DNA of 64,000 nt from Fimbriimonadales bacterium (GCA_045862955.1 BTVI01000017.1:10558-74557); one strand, 5' to 3'. Counted from the first letter of the stretch, positions 10,548 to 20,327 are shown. Translations and numbers: made by a program. Notes: generated by a model not told the origin, from the sequence alone.

Positions 10548-10625
10548 TCCCGTACAACGTCGTAGTTGGCTCAGTAGCGCCGTGCGGAATGAACCGTCGG
10601 GAGAATACCCCTCGGTCCAACCGCA

Positions 10626-11213
10626 ATGATCACCAACTACAAGGGCAAGCTGGCGCGACTCTCTTGGCATTCCGGAGAGCAGGAGATTTTCGGTGCGATC
10701 CTCGATCACACCGAGGTGTTCATCTTCGAGTGCCGGTGGGGTGAGTGGTACGCTCTGAACCCCACCGAGCCGCCATCCGACCTTACGTTAGAGGTGAGCG
10801 TCGGCGAGACTGTGGCAGTGGTGCAGACGGACCTTCTCGGACGACGGGGAGCACTGTTATTACTCGCTGCCCCCGCGCAGGTTCGTTTGCAGCGGCTAGA
10901 CGACCAGGCCTGGCGCCAGTGCGATCTCCCGTGCAAGGTCTCGACGACGACGATGACCCCCATCGTCTCGGACGGCCGGTGCGTCAAGCTCTCTCCGGAT
11001 GGGTTGCTGCAATTCGGAGCCGAGTCGCTCGAGCCGAAGACGCAGGTGCTGGCCGAGATCCCGCTCAGCCGCGCGGAGCATCTGATACTGCCCGGCCGCG
11101 TGGACGCGGTGAAGGCGGTGGGTCAGCTCAATCACAAGATGCTCGTCCGCTTCGGCGAGCTCGACCGCCTCACGGTGGGCCGCCTCCGCTCCCTCACTCT
11201 GAGTTTGTCGTAA
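10626..11213 (+). CDS. Hypothetical protein, possible degenerate PilZ/YcgR-like fold
   Basis: C-terminal GRCVKLSPDG...LPGRV...VRF pattern; canonical RxxxR is not clear. Confidence 0.4.
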   Translation: MITNYKGKLARLSWHSGEQEIFGAILDHTEVFIFECRWGEWYALNPTEPPSDLTLEVSVGETVAVVQTDLLGRRGALLLLAAPAQVRLQRLDDQAWRQCDLPCKVSTTTMTPIVSDGRCVKLSPDGLLQFGAESLEPKTQVLAEIPLSRAEHLILPGRVDAVKAVGQLNHKMLVRFGELDRLTVGRLRSLTLSLS

Positions 11214-11250
11214 TCGCCGAACCCACGCAGCGATCCGGTATCGTTGTTGC

Positions 11251-11631
11251 GTGCGAGAACGTCCCGGGTACTGGGTAGGAAGAGCCGGACTCGACGCCTT
11301 GTGGGTCGTGGCACCGGGGTGCCTTGCGGCCCTCGCGCTTTTGGGGTGGCGGGAGGCTGTGGGCCTGACCCTGGGCTGGACGGTAGCCGCTGGCTCCCTG
11401 CTGCTCAGCGCACTCGTGCTGCCGCGGTGGATACGCGCGGACTCGCGCCTCGTGGACGGGCACGCACGCCTGCTGGCCCTCGGAGCAGTCAAGTTCCCCA
11501 TATTCGGCCTCGCTGCGTTCGGCGCGGCGTCGCTCGGGCTCGTTCCCGCGGCTTGTTTCGTGGTTGGCGCTGTTTCGGTATACTTGGCGATGGCCGCAGG
11601 GGCCCTACGGTCCCTGCGTTCGCGCGAGTAG
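11251..11631 (+). CDS. atpI: ATP synthase protein I-like membrane protein
   Basis: Four hydrophobic segments, immediately upstream of atpB. Confidence 0.55.
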   Translation: MRERPGYWVGRAGLDALWVVAPGCLAALALLGWREAVGLTLGWTVAAGSLLLSALVLPRWIRADSRLVDGHARLLALGAVKFPIFGLAAFGAASLGLVPAACFVVGAVSVYLAMAAGALRSLRSRE

Positions 11632-11644
11632 GTGAGGAGGGGCA

Positions 11645-12373
11645 TTGCAGATAGCGGTCGTTGCTGCCGGAGCAGAGACGGGACCTGCCTATTGGGCGCT
11701 TCCGTTGTGGGGCCTGATCATCATCGGGCTCTTCCTCGCGGTTTTCGGCACGGCTATCCAGAGAGGCCGGACCGAGAGGGTGCCGCGGGGACTCTTGTTC
11801 CGGCTGGCCGAGCACATCTACGTGTTCATCGAGAACATGTGCGTGAACGTCATCGGCCCGAGGGGGCGCAAGTACGTACCTTTCGTGGGCACGATGTTCA
11901 TTTTCATCGTGTGCTCGAACCTGTGGGGGCTACTCGGGCTGCCGACACCGACATCGAGCCTAGCGGTCAATCTGGGGCTCTCGATTACCGTCTTCTTGTA
12001 TGTGCAGTACGAGGGCATCCGAAACAACGGCTTGCTGGGCTACATCAAGCACTTCTGGGGACCGATGGCTCTCATCGGACCGCTGATGCTCTTCGTGGAA
12101 GTGGTCAGTGAGTTCGCGAAGATCGTTTCGCTGTCGCTGCGCCTCTACGGGAACATCCACGGCGAGCACGAGGTGAGCCACGTATTCGGAAACCTGGTGT
12201 CCATCGGCGGCTTCCCGTTACCTCTGCAGGCGCCCATCTTGCTGCTGGCCATCTTCACTTCGCTCATCCAAGCGTTGGTATTCGCCATGCTGACAACGAT
12301 TTATCTCGCGCTCATGGGTCCGCACGAACATGAGGAAGAACACGCGCACGCCGCGACGTCGGCGGCGCACTAA
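11645..12373 (+). CDS. atpB: F0 ATP synthase subunit a
   Basis: SLSLRLYGNI, IQALVFAMLTTIY; TTG start after GAGGAGG. Confidence 0.93.
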   Translation: MQIAVVAAGAETGPAYWALPLWGLIIIGLFLAVFGTAIQRGRTERVPRGLLFRLAEHIYVFIENMCVNVIGPRGRKYVPFVGTMFIFIVCSNLWGLLGLPTPTSSLAVNLGLSITVFLYVQYEGIRNNGLLGYIKHFWGPMALIGPLMLFVEVVSEFAKIVSLSLRLYGNIHGEHEVSHVFGNLVSIGGFPLPLQAPILLLAIFTSLIQALVFAMLTTIYLALMGPHEHEEEHAHAATSAAH

Positions 12374-12388
12374 GGAGGTCACCGAAAG

Positions 12389-12712
12389 GTGCTAGCACTA
12401 TACGGAATCGCACTCGCCGTCGGACTGGCGCTGGGACTGGCCGTCTTGGGCGGCGCACTCGGCCAGGGCCACATCGGCAATGGAGCATTGAACGGCATGT
12501 CCCGACAGCCCGAGCTACAGGGCAAGATCCAGACTTCGATGATTATCGCCCTCGCGTTCGTCGAGTCCTTGATCCTGTTCACGTTGCTCATCGCGTTCCT
12601 TCTCCTTGGCAAACTGCCCGCACCGAAGGACGTGATCGACGCCGAGAAGGCTACCGCACACTACTCCGCGCCCCTCGCAGCGGAAGCACCGAACTTTCCG
12701 CTAGCCGGCTAG
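12389..12712 (+). CDS. atpE: F0 ATP synthase subunit c with C-terminal extension
   Basis: GGALGQG, SRQPE loop, ALAFVESL; TAAGGAGG RBS. Confidence 0.93.
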   Translation: MLALYGIALAVGLALGLAVLGGALGQGHIGNGALNGMSRQPELQGKIQTSMIIALAFVESLILFTLLIAFLLLGKLPAPKDVIDAEKATAHYSAPLAAEAPNFPLAG

Positions 12713-12743
12713 GCGCCTCAGAGCGACACAAGGAGAGGAACCG

Positions 12744-13280
12744 ATGGAGTGGTGGGATAGGCTCGGCGAGCTGAGCCACGGCAATCTGCTCGGCGACTTG
12801 GGCATCGACCTGCGCACGATCATCTCGCAGCTGGTTGCGGTGCTGATCATGCTCTTCTTGGTCAGCCGCATCTTCTTCCGGCCGTTGCGCCAAGCGCTGG
12901 ACGACCGAACGCGCTATCTGGAAGAAACCTACTCGGATGCGGAGAACCTGAAGAGCGAGATGCAGCGGCTGCGGGACGACTACGAGCAGAAACTGGCGGC
13001 GGCAGAGGCCGAGTCACGCGAGCGCATCCATGCCGCAGTGTCGGAAGCACAGGCATTGAAGGATCGCATCATTGCCGAAGCGCGTGCCACGGCGAAGGAG
13101 ATCGAGGAACGTGCGCACGCCGAGATGGCACAAGAACGCCAGAAGATGATGCTGGAGCTGCGCGCGCACGTCGTGGACCTGGCGCTTCGAGCCGCCGAGA
13201 AGGTGACGCGGGAGACGATGTCCGACGAGCGCCATCGCAAGCTCGTGAGTGCGTTCGTCGAGGAATCGGGAGCCGCGTAG
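12744..13280 (+). CDS. atpF: F0 ATP synthase subunit b
   Basis: N-terminal TM, FFRPL..ALDDR, long coiled coil, LALRAAEKV. Confidence 0.9.
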   Translation: MEWWDRLGELSHGNLLGDLGIDLRTIISQLVAVLIMLFLVSRIFFRPLRQALDDRTRYLEETYSDAENLKSEMQRLRDDYEQKLAAAEAESRERIHAAVSEAQALKDRIIAEARATAKEIEERAHAEMAQERQKMMLELRAHVVDLALRAAEKVTRETMSDERHRKLVSAFVEESGAA

Positions 13281-13283
13281 CCG

Positions 13284-13832
13284 ATGAGTCGCCGGGTTGC
13301 GAGGCGCTACGCGCGGGCGCTCTTCCACGCAGCGCGCGACCAAGGCGCGCTAGATCTGGTATCGGAGGAACTGGGAGCGCTGACATCGCTCTTCAGGGCG
13401 GACTCCGGCTTTCGCAACCTGATGCTCTCACCCGTCGGCGACCACATCAGCAAGGCGAGCAGCGTGGAGAAGCTGGCGGGTCGGGTATCCGACCTGACCC
13501 GCGACTTGCTGGCCCTCATCATCCAGAAGCGCCGGGAAGAGACTTTGCCCCACATCCTGGAGGAGTTCGAGATCCTTCGCAAAGAGTACGAAGGCGTGGC
13601 GGACGCCGAGGTGATTACTGCGACCGAGCTGTCGGAAGAGGAGAGACTAAGGGTGGTGTCCTACCTGGAGCGGAAGACGGGCATGAGGATTCACGCGTCC
13701 TTCTCCGTCGAGCCCGACCTCATCGGTGGTGTCAAAGTGATATTGCGGGATACGCTGATGGACGGTTCCATTCGCGGCAATCTGGACGAGCTGCGGGAGC
13801 GGCTCTACCGGGACGTTCTGATACAAGCTTAG
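13284..13832 (+). CDS. atpH: F1 ATP synthase subunit delta
   Basis: VARRYARALF, PDLIGGV..DGSIRGNL. Confidence 0.92.
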   Translation: MSRRVARRYARALFHAARDQGALDLVSEELGALTSLFRADSGFRNLMLSPVGDHISKASSVEKLAGRVSDLTRDLLALIIQKRREETLPHILEEFEILRKEYEGVADAEVITATELSEEERLRVVSYLERKTGMRIHASFSVEPDLIGGVKVILRDTLMDGSIRGNLDELRERLYRDVLIQA

Positions 13833-14560
13833 GGGGCGCCGCTCGGCGCGAAGTGGTGTGGGCCTGGGTGAAGTGTGCCTACCACGGCGGCTACTGGGAT
13901 CGCCACCACAATTGGCAGGATAGCCGCCCATACGTAGTCGCGTGCCCTCGGCGGGGTGGCGTGCGCTGAGGGACCGAAGCAATACGCAGGCAGATACACC
14001 ATCAGACCGTACACCAGAACCCAAAACGGGGCCGAGGCTAAGTTCTGAGCGCCGAAGGACATGGTTTCTGCCAAAGTCCCCGTGAGACCGAAGGTTATCA
14101 GGACCGTGTTCGGAGTGAACGCCCGCCGCTTCAGCATCCACGCCCACGTCGCGAACATCGGCACGAATACGACGACACTGTGGCCGAGAACGACATCGAG
14201 GTAGTTGGTGGATGCCGTGATAAACGCCGCCCCGACGGGCACGCCGAAGAGAGGCGCCAGGTTCGTCATTCCGGTCGTAATCGCCTCTTCGACTAGAGCC
14301 AGCAGCGTGGCGAAGAGGGTGAACGCGACGCCACGAGAGAGACGAACGGAACCGACCCGCCGCCTGATCCGATCCCGGCCGAAACGACTGACGAGCCCGA
14401 AGCCGACTACCCAAAGCAGGAACAGCCCGGAGGCCATGAGCATGGTGGCACGCGAGACCGGGTCGTGCCACAGCACCACGGTAACGAGCCCCACCTGCAG
14501 CGTGGCCAGAACCGCCAGCGCGCCAATCGCCTTGCCCGATGTAGGCGTCATGTTGGGCAA
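13829..14560 (-). CDS. Hypothetical multi-pass membrane protein
   Basis: About 7 hydrophobic segments, LALVEEAIT and GTLAET motifs; start could be ATG 14551. Confidence 0.65.
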   Translation of the reverse strand: MPNMTPTSGKAIGALAVLATLQVGLVTVVLWHDPVSRATMLMASGLFLLWVVGFGLVSRFGRDRIRRRVGSVRLSRGVAFTLFATLLALVEEAITTGMTNLAPLFGVPVGAAFITASTNYLDVVLGHSVVVFVPMFATWAWMLKRRAFTPNTVLITFGLTGTLAETMSFGAQNLASAPFWVLVYGLMVYLPAYCFGPSAHATPPRARDYVWAAILPIVVAIPVAAVVGTLHPGPHHFAPSGAP

Positions 14561-14650
14561 TACGGAGGCGACGCCAAAGAGGTTGAGCCTTGCGCTTCCG
14601 GCAGGTCTCGGCCGTCGGCCGTCGAATCTGTGGGTGGAGGGAAGACGCTG

Positions 14651-16339
14651 ATGGAAGACCTTGACGCAATGACGCGCGAGAACATCCGCGCCGCTCGAAA
14701 CCTAAGCAATCGCCCATTCGAGAACCGTATGACCAAGGTTGATACCTTGGGAGAGCTTATCGAGATGCAGGCCGGACGCCTGGCCGACAAGCCCTGGCTC
14801 ACGTACTACCAGGATGGAGAAGCAGGCAGTTACACTTACGGCGAGTTCTACCGTGAGGTGTGCCGCACGGCAGGTTTCTTGCGATACGAGCTCGGCTTGG
14901 GTGTCGGCGACCGCATCGCGGTGTTGTCTTTCAATCACCCTCTAACGGTGCAGGTGTACTTCGCGGCTTGGCTTGCGGGCGTGTGTGTCGTTCCCATCAA
15001 CGCGTCGGAGGACGACGAACGAATCCAGTACATCCAGGCGAACGCGGAGGCTCGGGCCATCTTCGTCATGCCAGACTACATCGAGCGCTACGATGCCATA
15101 CGTGCCGGCGACAACCCCATCGAGCACTTCGTTCAGATGATGGGTGAGCCTCGAGCAGGTTACATCCAACTGGGCGATGCGATTGCAGCCCACCCGGTAC
15201 CCTTTGCGCGACCCGAGTATGGTCCGGAGACGGAGAGCCTGGTAGTGTATACCAGCGGCACGACGGGACCTCCCAAAGGCGTCGTTCTGGAGCAGTACAA
15301 CCACCTAGCCGATGCGCACTCGATAGCGGAGTGGCACCGCATGAGCGAAGGCGAACGCATGATGTGTGTGCTGCCCATCCACCACGTCAATGGTATCATC
15401 GTCACGCTCTGCACTCCGCTCTACTATGGTGGATCCGTGCTGTTGCACCGACGATTCAGCGCTACATCATTCTGGAAGACACTGGCGCACTATCGGGTCG
15501 GGGTGGTGAGTGTGGTGCCGACGGTGTTAGCGTTCCTCTGCGAGAAGGGCGAAGACATCTCGGGCTATGACTTCAGTGCGTTTCGTCACTTCATTTGCGG
15601 GGCGGGCCCTCTCACCGTGGAACTCGGCAAGCGCTTCGAGGAGCAGTTCGGCAAAGTCATTCAGCACGGATACGGGTTGAGCGAGACCACCTGTTACGAC
15701 TGCTTCCTGCCTCTAAATCAGCCGACTGAGATACACAATCACTGGATGCGTGACTATGGCTTCCCGAGCATCGGTTGCCCCATCTCCTGCAACGAGATGG
15801 CGATCCACGATTCGGAGGGCCGCCCGCTGCCTGAGAAAGTGCGAGGCGAGATCGTGATCCGCGGTCACTGTGTGATGAAGGGGTACTTCAAGCGACCGGA
15901 GGCCAACCGTGACACGTTCAAGCACCAATGGTTCCGAAGCGGTGACGAGGGCTTTTGGGTGCGCGGTGAGGACGGCCTAGACTACTACTTTATCACCGGC
16001 CGTCTGAAGGAGCTGATCATACGTGGCGGCGTGAACTATAGCCCCCTCGAGATTGACGAGGCGATCAACTCGATCGAAGGGGTGAAGGCCGGCATGGCAG
16101 TAGGATTCGAGAACGACATGTATGGCGAGGAGATAGGCGCTTACGTGGTGCTGGAGGAGGGCGCTACGCTGAGCGAAGACGACATCCTGAGGGCCTGCGC
16201 CGCGGTTCTACCTTTCAACAAGCGGCCCAAGGTGGTAGTGTTCGGCGAGGAGTTCCCTGTCACTTCGACGGGAAAGTACCAACGGAACAAACTGAAGCCT
16301 TTGTTCGCCAAGTGGCGCGGCACGCAGTTCCGGGAGTGA
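14651..16339 (+). CDS. AMP-dependent acyl-CoA synthetase/ligase (ANL superfamily)
   Basis: YTSGTTGPPKG, GYGLSET, FRSGDEG, GRLKELIIRGG, TSTGK. Confidence 0.92.
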   Translation: MEDLDAMTRENIRAARNLSNRPFENRMTKVDTLGELIEMQAGRLADKPWLTYYQDGEAGSYTYGEFYREVCRTAGFLRYELGLGVGDRIAVLSFNHPLTVQVYFAAWLAGVCVVPINASEDDERIQYIQANAEARAIFVMPDYIERYDAIRAGDNPIEHFVQMMGEPRAGYIQLGDAIAAHPVPFARPEYGPETESLVVYTSGTTGPPKGVVLEQYNHLADAHSIAEWHRMSEGERMMCVLPIHHVNGIIVTLCTPLYYGGSVLLHRRFSATSFWKTLAHYRVGVVSVVPTVLAFLCEKGEDISGYDFSAFRHFICGAGPLTVELGKRFEEQFGKVIQHGYGLSETTCYDCFLPLNQPTEIHNHWMRDYGFPSIGCPISCNEMAIHDSEGRPLPEKVRGEIVIRGHCVMKGYFKRPEANRDTFKHQWFRSGDEGFWVRGEDGLDYYFITGRLKELIIRGGVNYSPLEIDEAINSIEGVKAGMAVGFENDMYGEEIGAYVVLEEGATLSEDDILRACAAVLPFNKRPKVVVFGEEFPVTSTGKYQRNKLKPLFAKWRGTQFRE

Positions 16340-16354
16340 GCTAGGGGAGCGCAG

Positions 16355-16462
16355 ATGGAGAATGAGAGCTTTCTGCCGCTGATCGAACTAACACTGCGCA
16401 TCCACAATATGGAACCCGATGACACCGCACTCTACGGCTTGTGGCAGTGGGGGAAGAAGTAA
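16355..16462 (+). CDS. Possible 35-aa small ORF MENESFLPLIELTLRIHNMEPDDTALYGLWQWGKK
   Basis: ATG with GGGGAG RBS, 15 nt after the ligase stop; below the ORF-track size cut-off. Confidence 0.3.
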   Translation: MENESFLPLIELTLRIHNMEPDDTALYGLWQWGKK

Positions 16463-16518
16463 CAGGGCCGTGGGAGGGTGGTAGTGTAAGGTTGTCGCCG
16501 TCCAGCCGTGGGGACTAT

Positions 16519-16945
16519 GGATGACCGGTCGCACGCAAAGGGGTTGCCATCCGTCATGCTGAGCTTGTCGAAGCATGCAGTCGGTAGCCGCGACGTGCAC
16601 GGCGAGCACCTCGACCCCCGGACCCACCTCGCGGACGACCGGTCGCACGCAAAGGGGTTGCCATCCGTCATGCTGAGCTTGTCGAAGCATGCAACCGGTA
16701 GCCGCGACGTGCCTCAGAAAGCGACAACCGGCGGCATGCGAGGGCATGCTTCGACAGGCTCAGCATGACGACGGGGGAGCACGAGGTCATGCTTCGACAG
16801 GCTCAGCATGACGTCGGCGGCATGCGAGGTCATGCTTCGGCAGGCTCAGCATGACGTCGGCGGCATGCGAGGTCATGCTTCGACAGGCTCAGCATGACGT
16901 CGGGGGCGTGCGAGGGCATGCTTCGGCAAGCTCAGCATGACGTCG
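16519..16945. repeat. Cluster of 27-bp palindromic REP-like units GTCATGCTGAGC(C/T)TG(T/C)CGAAGCATGAC (2 forward, 5 reverse at 43-bp period)
   Basis: Forward at 16553 and 16667; reverse at ~16743, 16786, 16829, 16872 and ~16915; lies between convergent genes. Confidence 0.93.
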
Positions 16946-16967
16946 GGGGCGCGGCGGGTGCGACAAC

Positions 16968-17537
16968 CTACATCTCCAGGAAGTACGCGTGGACGGTGGG
17001 ATCGGCGGTCAGCTCCGGGTGGAAGGTGGTGCCCAAGAGCGTCTCCGTGCGCACCGCGACCGGTGCATTGTCATGCACGGCCAGCACCTCGACCCCCGGA
17101 CCCACCTCTCGGACGACCGGTGCCCTGATGAACACCCCACGCAGACTCTCGCCAGTCGGGCGGAACACGAAGTCCGCCTCGAAGCTGTCCAGCTGTCGCC
17201 CATAAGCGTTCCGCTCCACGGTAACATCTAGCAGGCCGAGCGGCGGCACCGGGCGGTTGACTACCCGTTTAGCCAGCAGAATGAGCCCCATGCAGGTGCC
17301 CCAGATGCGCATGCCCCGCTCTGCTCTGCGGCGGATCGCCTCGTCTAGCCCCTCGAAGGCCAGCAGGCGCGACACTGTGGTGCTCTCCCCACCCGGCATG
17401 ATGAGACGCTCGGCACGTTCGAGGTCGCGAACCGTTCGAACCTCGACAGTCCGCGCGCCGATGCGTTCCAGCGCCTGCACGTGCATGGCGAAGTCGCCCT
17501 GCAGCGCGAGGACGCCGACGGGCGGGTTACCACCCAC
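16968..17537 (-). CDS. pdxT: PLP synthase glutaminase subunit
   Basis: [38 protein letters not shown]. Confidence 0.96.
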   Translation of the reverse strand: MGGNPPVGVLALQGDFAMHVQALERIGARTVEVRTVRDLERAERLIMPGGESTTVSRLLAFEGLDEAIRRRAERGMRIWGTCMGLILLAKRVVNRPVPPLGLLDVTVERNAYGRQLDSFEADFVFRPTGESLRGVFIRAPVVREVGPGVEVLAVHDNAPVAVRTETLLGTTFHPELTADPTVHAYFLEM

Positions 17538-18429
17538 GAGGCGCTAACAGCTCCTCTTCCCGCAGCGAACTCGCCTGAATCCCGGACATCGGCGTACCCA
17601 GCCCTTCGGATATCTCCGCCAGTTTCGCAGGGTCGTTGTAGTGCGTGACGGCCTGCACGATAGCCTTCGCCCTTCGCGGCGGGTCTTCGGACTTGAAGAT
17701 GCCGCTGCCGACGAAAACCGCTTCGGCGCCGAGCCTCATCATCAGCGCGGCGTCCGCGGGCGTGGCGATGCCGCCTGCGGAGAAGTTCGGCACAGGCAGT
17801 TTACCCTCGCGCTTCACGTCCACCACGAACTCGTACGGGGCCTGCAGCTCTTTCGCTATGGCACTCAGCTCGAAATCGGGGGCGTTCAGAATGCGGCGGA
17901 AGTCGCGCATGATGGAGTTCATGTGGCGCACGGCTTCCACCACGTCCCCGGTACCAGCTTCGCCCTTGGTGCGCACCATGGCGGCGCCTTCGGCCGCCCT
18001 TCGCAGGAACTCGCCCAGGTTCCGAGCCCCGCACACGAACGGCACATCGAAGGCATGCTTGTCCACGTGGTGCTCCTCGTCGGCGGGGGTGAGCACCTCG
18101 CTCTCGTCTATGAAGTCAACTTTCAGGGCCTGCAGGATCTCGGCTTCCACGAAGTGCCCGATACGGCACTTGGCCATCACGGGGATGGAGACCGCTTCCT
18201 GAATCTCTCGAATGATCTTGGGGTCGGACATACGCGCGACCCCGCCCTGAGCCCGAATGTCTGCCGGCACTCGCTCCAGGGCCATCACGGCCACCGCGCC
18301 CGCGTCTTCGGCGATACGGGCTTGTTCGGCGGTGGTGACGTCCATGATCACTCCGCCTCGCAGCATCATGGCGAGCCCTACCTTGGTCCGCCAAGTGGAC
18401 TTCTGCCTATCGGAATCGGCCGCAGCCAT
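17527..18429 (-). CDS. pdxS: PLP synthase subunit PdxS
   Basis: [37 protein letters not shown]-terminal RGW. Confidence 0.97.
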   Translation of the reverse strand: MAAADSDRQKSTWRTKVGLAMMLRGGVIMDVTTAEQARIAEDAGAVAVMALERVPADIRAQGGVARMSDPKIIREIQEAVSIPVMAKCRIGHFVEAEILQALKVDFIDESEVLTPADEEHHVDKHAFDVPFVCGARNLGEFLRRAAEGAAMVRTKGEAGTGDVVEAVRHMNSIMRDFRRILNAPDFELSAIAKELQAPYEFVVDVKREGKLPVPNFSAGGIATPADAALMMRLGAEAVFVGSGIFKSEDPPRRAKAIVQAVTHYNDPAKLAEISEGLGTPMSGIQASSLREEELLAPRGW

Positions 18430-18523
18430 CTTGGTTCACCTCTCGTTCGGATTATACCGAGCACCCTGGTGCTGCCCGGAACCCCTTTGGGACGATGGAA
18501 GCCGGGCGAGTATCATACGTCGC

Positions 18524-19444
18524 ATGGTTGCCATATCCACCGCCCTCAATGCGAGGCATCGGGGCACCGCCAGAGAGGTCTTCGAGGAGTTGAAAGCGCT
18601 CGGGTACGCGCAGTTCGAGGTGAACGTTCACTTCTCGGAAGAGATGGTGGACGAAACGGAGCGCATGGTCCGAGCGCGGGAGATCGAGATAGTTAGCGTG
18701 CACAACTATTGCCCCGTGCCGCCGGGAATCGATCGAACGCGTGGTGGGGGCGACCTATTCCACTTCTCGGCCGAGGAGCCCGAGGTGCGCGAACAGGCTG
18801 TGAAGTGGACGCTGCGCTCCATCGAGACCGCCGCTCGTCTGGGCGCACGCTTGTTGGTTGGGCACTGGGGCATCGTGCCGCTGCAGGGCGCCAAGGAGGT
18901 TCAACACGCAGCGCTCGAGCGCCTGCGGACTGGCCAGGCGGGGGCAGAGGGGATGCTGCGCGAGGCGGTGGAGCAGCGCGAGGCGATGGCCAGGCCCTAC
19001 GTGGAGCGCGCGCTGGACACCTTCGGCAAACTGCTGCCCAAGGCTCGGGAGCACGGCATCCGCCTCGGCGTTGAGTGCCGCAACTTCTTCCACGAGATCC
19101 CGTCGCTCGACGAGATCGGCGAGTTTCTGTCGCTAGACCCGCAGACGGCGGGGTACTGGCACGACATCGGGCACGCAGAGATACTGGAGTACCTGAGGGT
19201 GGTGCCGACGGGAGCGTTTGCCGCGCGGTGGGCGGACAAGGCGCTCGCCGTGCACGTGCACGATGTGAAGCGGGGGGCGGACCACCGCCCGATGGGAGAG
19301 GGCGACCTGGACTTCCGCGCTAAGCTGGCGCCGTTCCCCTCCTCGGCACCCTGGATCGTCGAAGTGCACGCTGGCGATGCTCCGACCATGCGTAGGATGG
19401 GAGAGGAGCTGCGGCGCATCTGGTCGGAGATGCACGGCCCCTAG
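18524..19444 (+). CDS. Sugar phosphate isomerase/epimerase (xylose-isomerase-like TIM barrel)
   Basis: SVHNYCP, LGVECR, WHDIGHA, VHVHD, DHRPMGEG. Confidence 0.8.
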   Translation: MVAISTALNARHRGTAREVFEELKALGYAQFEVNVHFSEEMVDETERMVRAREIEIVSVHNYCPVPPGIDRTRGGGDLFHFSAEEPEVREQAVKWTLRSIETAARLGARLLVGHWGIVPLQGAKEVQHAALERLRTGQAGAEGMLREAVEQREAMARPYVERALDTFGKLLPKAREHGIRLGVECRNFFHEIPSLDEIGEFLSLDPQTAGYWHDIGHAEILEYLRVVPTGAFAARWADKALAVHVHDVKRGADHRPMGEGDLDFRAKLAPFPSSAPWIVEVHAGDAPTMRRMGEELRRIWSEMHGP

Positions 19445-19474
19445 GGGTCGGAGGAGAACTGCACCGCTAAGTCT

Positions 19475-19690
19475 TGCCCCGGCGCGGTCCTCAGACTCGC
19501 TTCACGCCGTCGGTGGTCGCTAGCTTGCGGACGCGGGCCGGGGCATAGAGCGCCTGCAACCCACCCGCAACCGTCATGCTGAGCCTGTCGAAGCATGACC
19601 CCGCAACCACCCCCGACCCTGCCCCGGCGCGGTCCTTAGACTCGCTTCACGCCGTCGGTGGCTGCTAGCTTGCGGACGCGGGCCGGGGCA
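19475..19690. repeat. Two 71-bp hairpin elements (TGCCCCGGC...GCCGGGGCA) flanking one 27-bp REP-like unit (19573-19599)
   Basis: Near-identical copies at 19475-19545 and 19620-19690. Confidence 0.9.
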
Positions 19691-19757
19691 TGGACACCGC
19701 GACTCATTTCCGTGAAACCGCGGGCGGCGCCAGCGTCGAGGCGTAGGGGGCGCGTGT

Positions 19758-20327
19758 CTACATGACCAGGTCGTACACGCAGTGCTTATAGGACTCGAAG
19801 CGGTAGGCGTGCTCGCGGCAGCTCCGATAGTTCTGCCATAAGTGCACCACCGCCACACGCTCCTCTATGACGGCATCATCTAGAGTCATCGCGCCGAGGA
19901 ACCCCGGGGCCACTACCATCGAGTCGGTGATGGCCTCGAGCCGTTGCAGCGTCTCCACCTTCATCCCGGGCTGCGCCATGGCAACGATGATCACGACCAC
20001 GGTGCCCGGTTCGAGGCTTGCGAGCGTGTTGCCGAGCCGACCCACGATGTGGTGGGTGTGCAGGTTCGGCGTCCCCACGACTACCTGGAGGGCTTCGGCC
20101 ATAAGGTCCGACTCGGCCCACACACGGGAGGCCTCAACCGATGCCCCCAGCTCGTCCCATTCCGTCGCCAGTGCAAAGCGCGTAGGGTCGTCGAAGTGCT
20201 TTAGCAGCCGCACGCTCCGACAACCCGGCTGCGAGCCATATAGCGCTCGCAGCCGCTCGAACAACATAAGTTCGGCGTCGACATATTCGGGATACACCTC
20301 GACTTCGGCAAGGACAAGGACGGACAT
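19758..20327 (-). CDS. Antibiotic biosynthesis monooxygenase (ABM)-like protein, two tandem domains
   Basis: QPGCRSVRL..DDPTRF..TEW and APGFLG...VVHLW. Confidence 0.7.
   Translation of the reverse strand: MSVLVLAEVEVYPEYVDAELMLFERLRALYGSQPGCRSVRLLKHFDDPTRFALATEWDELGASVEASRVWAESDLMAEALQVVVGTPNLHTHHIVGRLGNTLASLEPGTVVVIIVAMAQPGMKVETLQRLEAITDSMVVAPGFLGAMTLDDAVIEERVAVVHLWQNYRSCREHAYRFESYKHCVYDLVM

Noticed and set aside
10560..10625. tRNA-like or riboswitch-like sequence (TTGGCTCAGTAG)
   Set aside because: No T-arm GTTC, no acceptor stem, and no recognisable riboswitch consensus
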